A stretch of DNA of 64,000 nt from Candidatus Micrarchaeota archaeon. GTDB lineage: Archaea; Micrarchaeota; Micrarchaeia; Anstonellales; Bilamarchaeaceae. Shown piece by piece: positions 63,740 to 64,000 of this stretch. The translations under genes and the position numbers were made by a program. Every line of letters begins with the position of its first letter. The stretch's first letter is position 1. The stretch lies in NCBI GenBank assembly GCA_040757035.1, contig JBFLYM010000003.1, positions 1,079 to 65,078 on the forward strand. The letters are read 5' to 3'. Below the pieces are notes generated by a model. The model saw nothing but the letters and a program-made list of their open reading frames with translations, was not told where the DNA came from and did not search any database.

Positions 63740-64000
63740 TTTTTTAAAAAGATTATTTTTTGCACATTCAATTTTCAATCAATTTTGCGAGCGCGATTTC
63801 AACGCCCATCCATCTCTTGAGTTTTGCTTCTATAATTTAGTTGGCGGACCCAGTTTAGAGCATGATAACCTAAGCTCCTACTTTTTTAGGCACATATATC
63901 AATTCTAGTTTTCTTTTTCGAGATAAAACCGTAACTCTGTAAATTCTTGGTAACAGGTTTTTGTATCTTTTCTTATTTTACGACTGTAAACTGTATAGAA

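Noticed and set aside
63740-64000. 260-bp non-coding tail at the window end, examined for tRNA/ncRNA (…ttagttggcggacccagtttagagcatgataacctaagctcc…)
   Set aside because: Superficially tRNA-like words, but no consistent cloverleaf or T-loop. It may be a promoter or the start of a gene beyond the window. Cannot be supported.

Overview
This window is a low-GC (~33%) archaeal chromosomal segment, possibly from a DPANN-like or otherwise small-genome archaeon. The archaeal call rests on recognisable information-processing genes: MCM helicase, archaeal DnaG primase, RadA, thermosome, Trm1, aTrm56 and TruD/Pus7. It also carries a complete A1AO/V-type ATP synthase operon (ahaH-I-K-E-C-F-A-[extra gene]-B-D), GyrB, H+-pyrophosphatase, HMG-CoA synthase, PurD, PurE, TrpB and PyrH. 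Gene density is high and starts often overlap. Several starts have GGTGA-type Shine-Dalgarno motifs. No rRNA, tRNA or CRISPR array could be supported by eye. Two regions look accessory. The first is a ~11 kb block (34.07-45.09 kb) bracketed by an ~88%-identical 73-bp direct repeat. It holds two adjacent giant ORFs of unknown function (838 aa and a 1268-aa TPR plus beta-rich protein). It is followed by an AbiEii/AbiEi-like toxin-antitoxin cassette. The second is a degraded vapBC-like locus at 12.1-12.6 kb. Other oddities are listed in the findings: an acylphosphatase-domain gene inside the ATPase operon between subunits A and B, ~12 near-identical 93-bp tandem repeats encoding a HEAT/PBS-lyase repeat protein, tandem palindromic operator-like sites upstream of a DUF4143 AAA ATPase, and an N-terminally truncated TrmI whose conserved N-terminal motif lies in frame behind the purE stop codon. 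All functional calls come from motif and family recognition by eye, without database searches.
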